From contig OX597816.1 in NCBI GenBank assembly GCA_951406725.2, positions 109,988,001 through 110,052,000 on the forward strand: a stretch of 64,000 bases of DNA, in the 5' to 3' direction. The notes under the pieces were generated by a model. It ran no database searches. It saw only the letters and a list, made by a program, of their open reading frames with translations, and was not told where the DNA came from. The DNA is from Octopus vulgaris (Eukaryota). Position 1 is the stretch's first letter; each line of letters opens with the position of its first letter. The translations under genes were made by a program, and so were the position numbers. This document shows positions 24,724 through 38,303 of the stretch, piece after piece.

Positions 24724-27700
24724 TCTTTGTCAGGTCTCCGCTTGGAGCTACTGGTAACATGTAACCCAGTACAACCTATTACATGGTCGGGTCGCTGGCG
24801 ATTAAACTGGCAACCCCACCAAGATTTCTTGGTGAGGAGGGTGAGTTGGACACCCAGCAGGACTAAAAACAAAACCTGTCAAAGGGCAGAGGAACTCTCT
24901 CATGAGTCAATGGCCATCCAAAAACCTACATAAATCCGGAGTGGAGCCCATAAGGCGGTTGGATTGCGCCATGCGTGCCACCTTCTGGCAGCTCCTGCAT
25001 CCTGGTCTACCCCCAGCCGTCTTGATTTTGTCTTGCCACTGGATCCGGCGCACCAGGACGAGAGAGTGAGGCTGATCCTGCGCAAGTCACCTTCACTATA
25101 ATCCAAGTCACGCGCACGTCATGACATCATGACACCAACATCACAAAGTCCTGTGGCGATGGGGAAACGGCTGCAGTCGTGAACCCACACACAGGCGGCT
25201 CAGGACATGTGGTCGCCCCTCACTGAACTGAGGCAGCAGTGGAGTCCAGCAGCCTCCTGAGTGACCGAGCAGCCCTCTTCAGGATCGCTCTGCTCGCCTG
25301 CGCAGCATGAGGACGGGGCTAGAAAAGGTTGCCCTAAACATAGCCTGCCTCACCTCACCCTGGTCAGTAAATCGTGGCTGGCGGGGATACTTTCTAAGCG
25401 GTCGAAACAAAGAAAGAAAACGAACAAAGGTGCTCACTTTCGCAACTTGGAACGTGAGAACTCTGCTTGACAACACCAAAGCGGACAGACAAGAGAGACG
25501 AACTGCCCTGGTGGCCAGAGAACTGAGCCGATACAATGTCGATATCGCAGCACTGAGCGAGACCCGCCTTGCGGACAAAGGCCAGCTGACAGAGACAGGC
25601 GGCGGCTACACTTTCTTTTGGATTGGTCGCAGCAGCGAAGAGCGTCGTGAGGCTGGTGTTGGTTTTGCCATCAAGTCAGTACACGTGCGGAAACTGGAAA
25701 GCTCCCCCGAGGGTATCAACGATCGGCTAATGAAGATGCAGCTTCCCACTTGGAAACAAGACTATTGCGACCATCATCAGCGCTTACGCCCCCACCATGA
25801 CCAACCCTGAAGAAGTTAAGGACAGGTTCTATGAGGAACTCGACTCCCTCATCACGTCAGCCCAGCCTGGGAAGCTCATCCTCCTTGGGGACTTTAACGC
25901 CCGTATCGGGACTGACCACCAAGCCTGGCATCGCGTACTGGGAAAGCACGGAAAGTGCAACATCAACGGGCAGCTCCTCCTCCGGGCGTGCGCCTCTCAT
26001 GATCTTACCATCGCCAACACCTTGTTCCGTCTGCCAACACGCAACAAGACATCATAGATACATCCACGCTCCAAACACTGGCATCTGATAGATTACGTCA
26101 TCGTCAAGGCGAAAGACAGGCAGGACGTGAGACTGGTCAAAGCCATGTGTGGAGCTGATTCCTGGACGGACCATCGCCTCATCATCTCCAGGATGGATTT
26201 CTACATCTAACCTAAGAGAAGACCACAGAAAGTGACGAGGAAGCTTAACATCACGAAATTAAAGAACCAGCTGACTGCACAAGATCTCCAGTCACGTATG
26301 GACAGCAAGCTGTTGGACGTTCGGAATGACCAGTCCAGCATCGATGAGCAGTAGGAATCATTCAGGGACACGGTTCATTCCTGCTCAGCTCGGATGGAAC
26401 CTCACTCCTGACTAACAAGAGGCTGATCCTGGAGAGATGGGCGGAGCATTTCAACATCGTGCTCAACCGACCAGCCGAGATCAACGAGGAAGCCATCGCA
26501 CGACTCCCCCAGGTGCCGACAAACCACGACCTGGCTGTTCCCCCCGCAGAGCCATTAAAAAATGTCCACCGGCAAAGCTCCAGGCTCTGACGCCATCCCT
26601 GCAGAGGTGTTCAAGTCGGACGGCTCCACCATGATGAGTCAGCTCACCAGCCTGTTCCAGTCGATGTGGGACAAGGAACAACTCCCTCAAGATTTCCGGG
26701 ACGCAACAATCGTCCACATTTATAAGCGGAAAGGAGATCGGCAGTCCTGCGAGAACTACCGAGGAATCTCCCTCTTGTCCATAGCAGGCAAGATCCTGGC
26801 CCGAGTCCTGCTTGACCGCCTTCTGGAACACTTGGAGCAAGGCCTTCTCCCCGAGAGCCAGTGTGGCTTCCGCGCGGGTCGGGGGACCACTGACATGATA
26901 TTCGCCGCCCGCCAGCTCCAGGAGAAATGCATGGAGCAGCATCTTGACCTCTGCATGACCTTTGTTGACCTCACCAAGGCTTTCGATACAGTCAGTCGGG
27001 AGGGACTTTGGAAGGTCATGGGAAAATTTGGTTGCCACAGCAAATTTATTGCAATTGTCTGCAAGTTCCACGACGGAATGACAGCCAGACTCCTTGAAGA
27101 CGGCAACTCATCTGAAGTCTTCCAGGTGACCAACGGAGTCAGGCAGGGCTGTGTCCTGACCCCAACACTGTTTAGCATCATGTTCTCGGCAATGCTGTCC
27201 GACGCCTTCAGGGACTGCAAGTCCGGTATCGACATCAAGTACAGGACGGACGGGAAAATTTTCAACTCCAGAAGATTGCAGGCCGTCACAAAGGTAAGGG
27301 AGACAGTAGTCAGAGACTTTCTCTTTGCTGACGACTGCGCCCTTAACGCAATCGATGAGCAGGAGATGCAGCTCGGGATGGACAGGTTCTCATCAGCCTG
27401 TGACAGCTTCGGTCTCACCATCAGTGCCAAGAAAACCGAAGTGATGTTTCAGCCAGCCCCCGGCAAACAATACCATGAGCGTCAGATAAAGGTGAACGGA
27501 CGGATCCTACGGGCGGTGGAAAACTTCACCTAATTGGGCAGCACTCTCTCCTGCAATGCCAACATAGATGCTGAAATCATCAACAGAATCTCCAAGGGAA
27601 GCAGCGCGTTTGGGAGACTGCGAAAGAAAGTCTGGGAGCGGAGAGGAGTCAGCCTCAACACCAAGCTGAAAGTCTACCGGGCAGTCGTGCTTACCACCCT

Positions 27701-28322
27701 ACTATACGGCTGGGAGACGTAGACTGCTTACCGAAGGCACGAGCGCCAGATAAACTACTTACACCTCAGGTGTCTTCGGAACCTCCTTCACATCCGCTGA
27801 CAGGACAAAGTCCCAGACACGGAAGTTCTGAAGCAGGCAGATCTCCCTAGCACCATCACGATCATGCGCAAGGCCCAGCTGAGATGGGCAGGCCACGTCT
27901 CCCGCATGTCCGACACTCGCATCCCAAAACAGCTCTTCTACGGTAAACTCAGCCAGGGCAAACGTAAGGTCGGAGGGCAGAAGAAGCGCTTCAAGGACAG
28001 TCTCAAAGTCTCTCTCAAAGACTTCTCCATCGGCACAGAGACATGGGAGACACTTGCTATCGACCGCTCATCCTGGCGCAGCGCAATCACCACAGGAGCA
28101 AAGACAGCCGAGGAGAGACGGATTCAGTCAGCAGAACAGAAACGCCAGATGCGGAAAGCCAGAGCCACCTGCACCAATAGCACAGCCCCTACCCACTTCT
28201 GCCCCACTTGTGGGAGGGGCTTTCGTACCCGGATCGGCCTCACCAGCCACCTCCGGTCTCATAGCAGCAATTCCACCGAATGATGTCAATGGTCATCTTC
28301 GAACCCGAAGGACGAACATTAT
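24724..28322 (+). mobile_element. RTE-clade (BovB-like) LINE, both ends present, 11-bp TSD
   Basis: TSD TAATTTTCTAT at 24713-24723 and 28323-28333; ~600-bp 5'UTR; APE, RT and C2H2 finger; short ATT tail; GC-rich relative to flanks. Confidence 0.95.
25307..28283 (+). pseudogene. Disrupted RTE ORF: APE endonuclease, reverse transcriptase and C-terminal zinc finger
   Basis: ATWNVRTL, ALSETR, LGDFNAR, KAPGSD, YRGISLLS, FVDLTKAFD, GVRQGC, LFADD, QLRWAGHV, CPTCGRGF..GLTSHLRSH; frameshifts, in-frame stops (e.g. 26055, 27531, 27720) and an apparent deletion near 26380. Confidence 0.95.
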
Positions 28323-29789
28323 TAATTTTCTATGAGAAGGAAGCGTATACTTTCGTAGAATTATTTTATTACAAAAAGCGAAAAGACGAATATGTAATAA
28401 TAAATTCACTTGCCAGGAACAGGTTGAGAAGCCTATATGTGATTTTGTAACACCTTTTAATGACATAATAAAAGAAACATATCCACGATCTTTTTCGTGA
28501 ACCCGAAGGCAAATTAAAAGAAGGTGCGATAACTCGAAGCTAGACTCTCCTAACTTTTACAAGTAAAATAGGTGTTGCACTCTAGAAAAGAACAATCCGT
28601 CTGATATGCTGTCTCATAGATTCTGTCTTAAAGTGTTACTCATAAGTCTTTGGTCAACCTGGGTCTGTCATAATAACAGTATACCGTGAACTGGAATTGA
28701 AACCGAAACAGTGCTACTGCAAAACGAAACTCCTAAGTATACGCAATTGCTAAAGACTACATACTAGGAATGTTATCTAAGGTCTGCGCTTTATGGGAGC
28801 TAACCAAGGATAAAATTTAATACAAATAATTCGTAAGATGAAAGCAGAATCCACATGCGGTAGAGTTGGATTTGTAATGTGTTAGGAAACATAAATGCTG
28901 GCAGTTACTAAATTTATGTCTTCCGACTTACAAGCTAACAGTCCTGCGAGAAAAACTATCCCATACTCCATAATAATTAACAACACATAATAATAAACTA
29001 CATAGCTAGCTATGCGAATATGTTTACCTTGCTGGGAATAGAAAGCGAATATGCTTCAAATGACTCCTCCTATCATAAAAGCAAAGGGTATCTTGGATAA
29101 TAGACATAGTGTGTCTGAATAGCTAAGATGATGAACACAGCTATGTTGTCTTTCAATGTAGGTCACGCCATCACAATTAACTAACAACAATTACTTGTTC
29201 CACACGCACCAGTCAAATACAATATCCATTTTCAATAAGATAACTTCATTGATGTGAAGTCAAACCCTAAACAATATGTATGTAGAGACATCCATAATGA
29301 GAAGGAAATTATCATTGATTTTAGGTGAAACTATTTTACATAAGTTTAGTATTGATACAGCGGTGTCATTAAAGATGAACATGCATATTATAATTCAAAT
29401 CTACTAAGAAGGCATGTCTTATTTTAGGTGGGAGGGTAGTGTTTTTTTTAGTAAGTTTGTTTTAACGTTGATAAGCATATTAGTTGCATAAGTCAAATGA
29501 AAGAGATAAAGGAGGAAACATCGACTTGGGTCACATACTTAGGTGAGTTGGAAGTTGCAATCCACATCATAACACTCAGTATATACACCTTATATATGCT
29601 TATTTTTTTATTACGGAGCTCTTAAAATCATGTTACAATATGATACGTTATTGTACTCATGACTTAATGCGATTTTGCAGCAGTACAATTTCAATGTAGT
29701 ACCTCGTCAGGAATTGAAATCGAGTAACTGAGTGGGTGCGTCATTTTTCCATTTAGTATTTGACATCCATGAGTAATAATGTTTTACAA

Positions 29790-30622
29790 TTTTGGCAGAA
29801 GGTCAGTAACTTTGCGTGTATGTGTGTATGGGGGAAAGTAAGTCGATAAAATCAACCCGTGTTCACTCTATACTTATTTTATCGATCTATAAAATATGAA
29901 CGGTAAAATCGACATCGGCGGTATATGAACTCAACGTAAAGAGCGGAAATATATGTTTTCCAAACAACTTGCACATGCAAGTGCTACCAGTCGAAAGCTC
30001 CGCATACTGGAAGCCAGTAAGTGTATGGGATCATCAGGAAAGAATACACGCCGTTTCGGGGACTACCACGCGACGGAATCATTGCGCATGGAGCCCCCTT
30101 CTGATATGAGGCCTCATCTTGTCTGGTGCCGTATGATATCTGCCAATACCCCGCGTTCAACATCCATGCGTAATAAGGAGGTATCTTTTTTGATTGTATA
30201 TTGCCTATTCAAATCGCAGATGTATACTCAGTGGCATTTATTTTTCTATGTCTTTATACACAGAAACGAAAGATATTAATTAGTAAAGCAAGTAGGTATA
30301 ACAATCTGATAAAGAAATCATCTGCTTAGATAGAAACAAGAAAATATTCTACCATCAATCCTGAGGAACGACACAGAAAAGAACTCATTTAAGAAAATTT
30401 GAAAACATTTAAAAAATAATTGTAAGTAAAATAAATATGCTAGTTAATAAAAACTGTGATGACAATAAACATGTTCTGGCATATCATCTACCCCGTTGAG
30501 TTATCGCGAAGTCGCCTGATCAATATAAAGGGGGGAACTGGCTCAATGCGTTAATAACACTCAGTGTATTGCCGCTCAGCATTTAGCCTTTCGTGCTAGC
30601 AATTCTGGCTACTCACCGCCTT
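29790..30622 (-). mobile_element. SINE family A, degenerate, split by a ~610-bp insertion
   Basis: Body at 29790-29950 and head at 30567-30622 are collinear with the uninterrupted copy at 35935-36137. Confidence 0.6.
29954..30120 (+). repeat. Unclassified dispersed repeat (copy 1)
   Basis: Reverse-complement similar to 44296-44475. Confidence 0.75.
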
Positions 30623-31462
30623 AGAATGATTTATCTATCGACACTTAACTGCAAATGGCTAAATATGCGACCAATTTTATTTTTTTAGCGTAATAAGTTT
30701 CTTTCTTTCTTTTTTGTTTGAATAACTGTTAAAATGTGTTTCACTTCAGAACTGCAATTTCGGGGAAAAAAAGTGTTAACACAATTCAATGAAAGAAAAT
30801 AACGGCCCAAGATAACTTGCAACGAGATCGAACTGGGAATGCCGGAATTCAGAAAAAATAAATTATAAACTTGTTCGTTCTCCGAAATTATTAATTTACG
30901 TCGTACAAAAATAAACCAATATTCTCATCACAATTCACCAGAAAAGGTCTAAAAAAACTGAAAATACGTAAAGAAGAGAGATAAAGATGAAAGGGGCCAT
31001 ACACTGTGTTTTCTGATAACACAAGCCTGCGTATTGACGATATATTTTTTTAACAATCAATTATTTACTTCCAGGTGTATTCAATTACTTTGCGGCAATA
31101 ATTAACTATAACAAATACAGAAACAATTAAAGCAAAATTGCCATTGCATGTTTACTTGTCCTTTAGAAGATAGCAGGACTGTATGCGTATGTATCTGTAT
31201 GTGTGATCGTATATGTTGTTATTATAGTGCAAGACTGTGAGCAATGATGTGTATGCGTGTGTCTATATTTATTCATTTATTTGTTTTTTTTTGTTTTTGT
31301 TTTTTTTATACATTTGGCATCTGTTTAAGAAATATTCCAAGTATTTTCAGAAGCCTTTATAAATTGTAATAAAAGGATTCGCATCTTTTTTTTTTCTAAT
31401 TGTTTATTTAATTTAAATGTTGCAAAACCGAATTAGCAAAATAAGAAGAACGACAGGTGTGT

Positions 31463-31465
<3 letters not shown>

Positions 31466-31510
<45 letters not shown>
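31466..31510. repeat. (GA)n microsatellite
   Basis: Visible run. Confidence 0.95.
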
Positions 31511-31513
<3 letters not shown>

Positions 31514-31800
31514 TGTGTGCGTGTGTGTATGTGTGTGATTGTGTGACAGTGTATGTGTGCCTATTTTACAGCTAATTTCGGTATTCTTTAAATATTTAGC
31601 TCCTCTGTTTTCAATACTTTGAAACCAGTAAACAATTATAGAAAGAAATTAGTTGACTACTATTACTGTGACGTAGTCTTTAAATATTTTACAAGTTCAT
31701 TTCGCTCAAAATGCTTTATTTAAACATATTTTTTAACATTCCTCATAATCTTCATTTTCTTTTATACCGTAAATATTCCCATATCTCGCTGTCTTTTCCC

Positions 31801-31883
31801 TACATACATACATACATACATACATACATACATACATACATACATACATACATACATACATACATACATACAAACATACATAC
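31801..31883. repeat. (TACA)n microsatellite
   Basis: Visible run. Confidence 0.95.
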
Positions 31884-32181
31884 GTGAGTGTGTGAAATTA
31901 AATGTGAATGCAACAGGAAATTATGTAATGAACTTCGTTTGGTATAAGTTGTAGTTTACTCAGAACTGAGTGCTTCTACATCACCTTATTTCTTCGTGAG
32001 GCTCTAAGGAAGCTCTAAGGTGATGCAGACGTACTCAGTTGGGAGTCCATTGCTTTTTATAGCAAAAAAGGCAGTAAACAGATGAAAATAATTAGATAAG
32101 TTTCTGTTCCTTTCTCTTTTCTTTCATTCCAGATTACGCTGCAGCTGACTAACGCTTTAGTCTGAAGACTATGTTGAGATT

Positions 32182-32530
32182 TAACGGATTTATTCCATCT
32201 CAATCACAGATTTTATAATTAATTATTTTTTTAACTAAACAGTTTGAAACTTCGAATAATGGTAGAATTCCTCACGTAGAACACGGTTTACTGTGAACGT
32301 TTTTGACAAAAGTTCCTATTTTAGAAGTTATTTCGTGTTAAAGTTGTATTTGGGTAATTTGAACCAATAAACGACGTGTGTTCGTTTGTAGAAAGCTACT
32401 GCTGTTTGCGATAGTAATCGATCCCGTGTTTTTCGTGAGAAATTCGACCAATATTCGGAGTTACAAACTGTTTATTAAAAAAAACTAAATTAGTTTTAAA
32501 ACCTGTGATTGAGATGGATTAGATCCGTTG
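32182..32530. mobile_element. MITE with ~110-bp imperfect TIRs
   Basis: AACGGATTTATTCCATCTCAATCACAG...AAACAGTTTG versus CAAACTGTTT...CTGTGATTGAGATGGATTAGATCCGTTG; TA on the right flank. Confidence 0.8.
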
Positions 32531-32589
32531 TAATACCATGTTCTTAGTATCGTAATGCCTCCACGAAATGTGTGTGTCTGTGCGTGCGT

Positions 32590-32620
<31 letters not shown>

Positions 32621-32779
32621 CGTGCGTGTGTGTATTACTGGCAGCATGCAACCCAGAAGAGATTATTACATAATCGGGCTATCGGCTACTAAAACTATGC
32701 TGTGGCAAAAGCAACTAAGTCAGGAATTGGAGAACTCTGAAAACAGAAGACTGAGGGATGTTGTCCATTGATTGTGTGA

Positions 32780-33700
32780 CATATATTTTCATTGCCTCTC
32801 AGTATTTCGGGAAACTGTGGCTGGTCGTTTCACAAATCGTCATTGCTGTAAACAAGTCATGTTTGTGTGTATTGTAACAGCTATAATACTGTCTATGCAA
32901 TTCTACCACTATCCAAAATTCCACCAAACGCTTAAACACCTGATCATTTGTAAGAAAGTTAAGTTTATTGGTTCCAGTAAAGGATGTTACTACCAGCCAT
33001 TGTCGGAGTTCTACACAGCACATCTATTTGATGATGCCCGTTCATTCGTAAAATATCCGAACATTGCGCCGTCTGCGATCTCTAGTGATGTCAAAGCAAA
33101 TTTGTTCAGATAAAGTACTACTTTTCCTATACAAAAAGAGACAACAAGAAAATGAATCTTAAATACTACTTGCTCATATTTCTAAGTTGGCAGCCTGCTG
33201 CATCTGTCTCGTAATTCAATACAAATTGGCAATTTAATAACAAAAACAAATGTAACAACAGAAATTGGTACACTCCTCCCTTAAGGGACAAAATAGTATG
33301 ATAAACGACAATATTTCATGCTCTACATAAATCTAGAACTGCCATTTCTGCAGTCTGTGAAGACGTTTATCTAATTTTGGTGGAGAATACTCTTTCGTCT
33401 GGATCGGTAGATCCAAAGAGGTCTGCTTGGCAATCATTTGAGGCTCTATCAAATGTATGTTTTGCTATCAAATCACGTCTCAAAAAACCCTTATCTTCAC
33501 TTTCTTCTGAAATCGGAACAGATAAATGAAATAAACACAATTTACTAACTCCATCCTCTGATACATTTTCATGATATACACTCTCTGTTATACTGTGGAT
33601 TTCCGGATTACTAGTGCAATGGCGTCCTGGGTGACATCACTACCCTTCAATAGCCACATCTGCGGAAGTGTTTCATGAGTAAACGTCTGGATCATATAAC
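32780..33700 (-). mobile_element. Possible very degenerate hAT (Charlie-like) transposase
   Basis: LNFLTNDQVFKRLVEFW...LFTAMTICET resembles the hAT C-terminal dimerisation region (L..D....EFW....F.TTYLCE..FS). Confidence 0.3.
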
Positions 33701-33937
33701 CCACTCCACTCGCTGTATGTATGTACGTACGTTTTTATGTATGTATGTAACCGGGATAAAATCTAAAAATATTTTAGATAATGTGAATAATATTTGAGCG
33801 CAACGCATTCTGTTTGAATGCAACCAAAGTACAAGTAAGTATTTCAAGCTCATTCAAATTATTTAATCTTTCATTAATCTATTTTTATACCACATCTAGA
33901 TAGGTATTGTTTCTTTTAATTTTATTGCAATATCTTA

Positions 33938-34140
33938 TCCTTTCTACTATAGGCAAAAGGTTGGGAATTTTGCGAGACTAGTCAATTAAATCGACTCCTG
34001 TGCTTCACTGTACTTATTTTCTCGACCTCGAAAAGATGAATGTAAAGGTCTGCTTAGGTGAAACTTGAACTGAGAAAGTGAAGATGGGGTAAATGCTGTT
34101 AAACATTCTATCCAGTGTGTTAATGAATCTCCCAGCCAAA
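33938..34140 (-). mobile_element. SINE family A, degenerate
   Basis: TTTCTACTATAGGCAAAAGG...TACTTATTTT.TCGACC.CGAAA.GATGAA, collinear with 7432-7820. Confidence 0.65.
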
Positions 34141-35544
34141 TGTATTATTTTTATATCATATCACAACTGTGAAACGCTTGTATAATTGTTCTTCTTATAT
34201 TATTTTGAAGCTACACTGTTGTACTCACTAGATTTTATTTTAGAATTTCCTTTAAAATGATAAATGCAGCAACTTAAGTGCAGGTTATTTAATTGGCAAT
34301 TATATTTTCCTCAATACATATACATATGATGAAAACAATCTTGCAAACCTCTGAACGTTATCCAATTTCAAATTTTAAGTGACATTTTTCCCTATAATTT
34401 ATGGGATATGACGGGCCAAAGCTTGATATTTAAAGACTTGTCCATATTTCACAAACTAGAAAATATCTCGAATCATTGTTTAAATGCATCTTAGCTGTCA
34501 ATGACAGAAGTACTATTATGTTAGAATTATATCAACCACCTGTATTAAAAAATGTTAACTTTTAGTTGACAGAGTACAAAAAAACAACAACATTTTCTTA
34601 TCATCGTTTATTCATAGCTTTTATATAATGTGTAATCGATTACTTCTTTCCTCAACAGATAGCACAACGTCTCTTTGTGAGGAAATGTATAATGAAGAGT
34701 GCAAACATTACTTCTAAGTGTAGACAATACTTCTACCCGTTACTTCTGTTCAAGTGCAAATTATGCACAAATTATCCATAACATAAGTTTGTTCAACTGA
34801 CAATTAGCTGACGTCTTATTTTTTTTATAGATTTGTCAAGAAAACAATTATGCATGTATTTTCAACGGGTAACTGGACAGAATAAAAAATATATAACAAT
34901 GCAAATGAACAAGTGTATTTTAAGAGTCCACTACCTATAGCACTCCTGTAAATCAAACGATATTTTCAAATGTTAGTAAATTATGTCCTAACCAAGGTTT
35001 GGGCAAAACTAATTATTAGAAGATATAAAAGGAATGAAAACAAAAAAACATTTTTAATATAATTAAATATGAAATTAAATTACAGTCTCTTCTATATTAT
35101 TTCACTGAATCATACTTTTAAACAAACTTTAAGTATTCCATTAGTCCTTTGTAAAAAGCAAAACAATTCTTGTATAGAGATAGCTATGAAAAGGAATTGT
35201 CAAGGAAAGCTAATAAAGCAATTATAAGAAAAATTCATTATATTTCTATTTTATTTCAAGCAATGAAACTGAAATTAAAGCTGGTCTTAAAATTATATTA
35301 ATTTTTCTAGAATAGAAAGAGAAATTTAATTAAAAATTTCCTTCTACATAGCAGGACTTAATGGATGAAATATAAACATTCAATCATTTACCAGAACACC
35401 CAATACCACTAACACACTAATGTGCAAATCAATTGACAAAAACTGCCATAAATATAAACGGCATTTTGAAAATGGATGAAATTAAAAACATTGAAAATTA
35501 AAATACTACTCAGTTTGATAATGTTAACTTTTATACCGTGATTT

Positions 35545-35675
35545 CAAATGTTGGCACAACTCTAGCAATGTCATGGCGGGAGAAAATTCGACGACATCGA
35601 CCCTAGCGATTCCACTATTATTTATTTTATCAATCCTGAAAGAATGAAAGGCAAAGTCGACCTCGACGGAATTTT
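35545..35675 (-). mobile_element. SINE family A, partial
   Basis: GAAAGAATGAAAGGCAAAGTCGACCTCGACGGAATTT. Confidence 0.65.
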
Positions 35676-35934
35676 CTTTTCATGCAATTAGAATAAAATG
35701 CAGGGTTAATATATTAAATATGGATATTTGGCAAGGAAAATCATTGTTTTGTTTTCTCTAGTTTCAGCTCAGATCTACGGCCATGCTGATGCACCACCTT
35801 TGTTAAAATTTTTAAGAATGCAGTGGGGCCAAGCATGAAGAAGTTTCATGGGAATTTGGTGCCATTCACTTGTAGGCAACACAGTCTCTTTATGGATAAT
35901 TTAGAAACTAAAATTTCCTTCAATACCGAAATAT

Positions 35935-36137
35935 GGATTTCAAATTTTGCCACGAGACCGGCAATTTCACTGGGAGGAGTAAGTCGATTACATCCACTGG
36001 TACTTATTTTATCGAACCCGACAAGATGAAAGACAAAGTTGACCTGGGCAGTATATGATATCAGAACACATAGAAGAACGAAATACTGCAAAGTAATCAG
36101 CTCGGCGTGCTAACGATTGTGCCAGATCGCCGCCTTT
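35935..36137 (-). mobile_element. SINE family A
   Basis: GTCGATTACAT..ACTGGTACTTATTTTATCGA...GCTAACG..TGCCAG.TCGCCGCC. Confidence 0.8.
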
Positions 36138-36385
36138 CACTACCGAACTATTAACAAAGTGTACTACAAATTTATTTCATATTGCCTACATAAAGGGATG
36201 TTTGTAAAATGAATATTTTTGCAAATGGTATCAAGTAAACCATGCGTACAGAGTAGTGAGTGGTTGTATTGATTGTACACTCATGTTTTAGCAAATGCCT
36301 AACAGATATTTCTATGACATCCTTCAGATATTTGGATCAATTCACCTACAAATGTATACATAGTTGAATTTGAAACGTAACATTT

Positions 36386-36424
<39 letters not shown>

Positions 36425-36427
<3 letters not shown>

Positions 36428-36611
36428 AGAGAATTCACAAAAAAAAAACAAAAGACGATGACAGGTGGTGTACACAACAAACAGATAAACAGATGTATTA
36501 CTTTTAGCTCGGGAAGTGAAAAAATCTTTAACGTTTCGAGCCTGCACTCTTACACAGAAAGGGACAAAGAAAGAAACAAGGTTAGCTGAGTTAGAGGTTA
36601 AAATAGCCATC
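36425..36611 (-). mobile_element. ~200-bp HHR-bearing element (degenerate core)
   Basis: Homologous to 50433-50648; minus strand cttt CTGTGTA agagtgcaggctc GAAAC GTT aaag; abuts (TA)n. Confidence 0.7.
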
Positions 36612-36762
36612 TAAGAGATAGAAGTATCTATTATACTACCGGTATATTACCTATGTTTAACTATGTGCATACATATGCAAGCATAATAAGCTCAGAAATT
36701 GTAGGTAAAGACAAGGATAAGTTCTGTTTTCCTTAAATTTATCAAGAATCAGGATTTAAAGA

Positions 36763-38227
36763 AAACAGAAAATGGAGAAATATTGATGAAAAACAATTGA
36801 CTTACAACAATTATTATTTATTGATTCAATACAAATAGACTGCATCCCATCTAACACCTATTCCTGCTTTCAATGTTGTAAATGTTGTATGGTATTGCCA
36901 TTGACATGCTAGAAATATTTATCATATTTTGTAATACAACCGATCTGAAACATAGAGCTTCATCAGAGTAAATAATACATATAAAGAAGAGCATAGACAA
37001 GAAAATGGGAAAAATTGAATATGGTTGTAATCATACCATTTTGCTTATGTATATCTTTGGGATGTTAAGTAAATAACTAAAAGTAAATAGTAATTGGTGG
37101 ATTAATCCTTTGTGCGGTGTGGATAAGATGGATAAATAATAAAAAAATAAGAAATAAAAACAATAATAGGTTTTAGTCGGAGATACAATAATCTTTTTGA
37201 TTAATCATAATAATTTATAATAATTATCTTTGTAGTACTAAATATTAGTATTTATAATGATAAAATGCTAATGCTAATCGATTAAATGTAAACTAGTAGG
37301 CGGTTAAGCCCTTCTACCTGTTTTCCGAAGTGAGATAGGCCAAGGTCCAGCGTCCGATGTAATTGGTCAGTTGAAATTTAAAATCTAATGAACAGCTATT
37401 GAAACCGTTATACGCGGTAAATAAATAAATAAATGAATGGGAAATTGTTTATGGTGTAGGGGGGCCCTAAAACGCTTAGAACAGTATATAATAGATTAAA
37501 AATAATATTATGAAATAAATATTAAGAGAGAAACTTGGTCCAAAAGATTTTTCAAATAGGAATGTGAACTTAGCAAAAAAAAAACTGAAACAAATTTATT
37601 CCGCAGGAAAATTAGGGTAATATTTATGGTTAAGGGGAGGTAATAACTAGGATAAGTTGCTTAAATTAGAGACTGCTTGTCTGCCATCTAGTTCACGTAA
37701 TCACTGATTATTAAAATAGATACTATTGATTAGTGCTACAAGCATAATTATTAAAAATTATTATGATTAATTAAAAACCTTATTGTATCTTCAACCCTTC
37801 TCAGACTAAAACTTTGCATATTCCACTATTACTGTTTACTTCTTGTGTTTTTATCATTTATCCATCCTATCACCCCTGTACAAAGAATTATTCGCCAATT
37901 ATTATTGTAAGTTTAGTCATTTACTTAACGTCCCAAAGGGCAGAATGTTATGATTATCATAAGCAAAATGTTATGATTACAGCCATATTCAACTGTTCTT
38001 TTTTCTTCTCTATGCTCTTATTCTTTATGGTATTGCCATAAGCTCCATGTCTCAGATCGGTTTTATTACCAAATAACATAAATATTTTTGCATATCAATG
38101 GCAATACCATACAACATTGGAAGCAGAAACAGCTGTTAAATGGGATGCAGTCTATTTGTATTGAATTTAATGAATAATAATTGATGTAATTCATTTGTTG
38201 TTCACCAATATTTCTCCATTCTCTGTT
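36763..38227. repeat. Long inverted repeat (~500-bp arms, ~450-bp spacer)
   Basis: 36763-37260 is reverse-complement similar to 37705-38227, e.g. ATTCAATACAAATAGACTGCATCCCAT versus ATGGGATGCAGTCTATTTGTATTGAAT. Confidence 0.85.
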
Positions 38228-38243
38228 ATAAATATATAATATA

Positions 38244-38302
<59 letters not shown>

Positions 38303-38303
38303 T

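Noticed and set aside
26481-27430. Long antisense ORFs (196 and 224 aa)
   Set aside because: Shadow frames of the GC-rich RTE RT.
33370-33507. Apparent minus-strand terminal exon after a TTTCAG acceptor (EESEDKGFLRR...KIR*)
   Set aside because: No partner exons or recognisable protein; it lies in a block with weak hAT-like motifs. RNA-seq junctions would overturn this.
36938-36970. Minus-strand CTGATGA in the long inverted arm
   Set aside because: No GAAA box follows, and the other arm lacks the motif.
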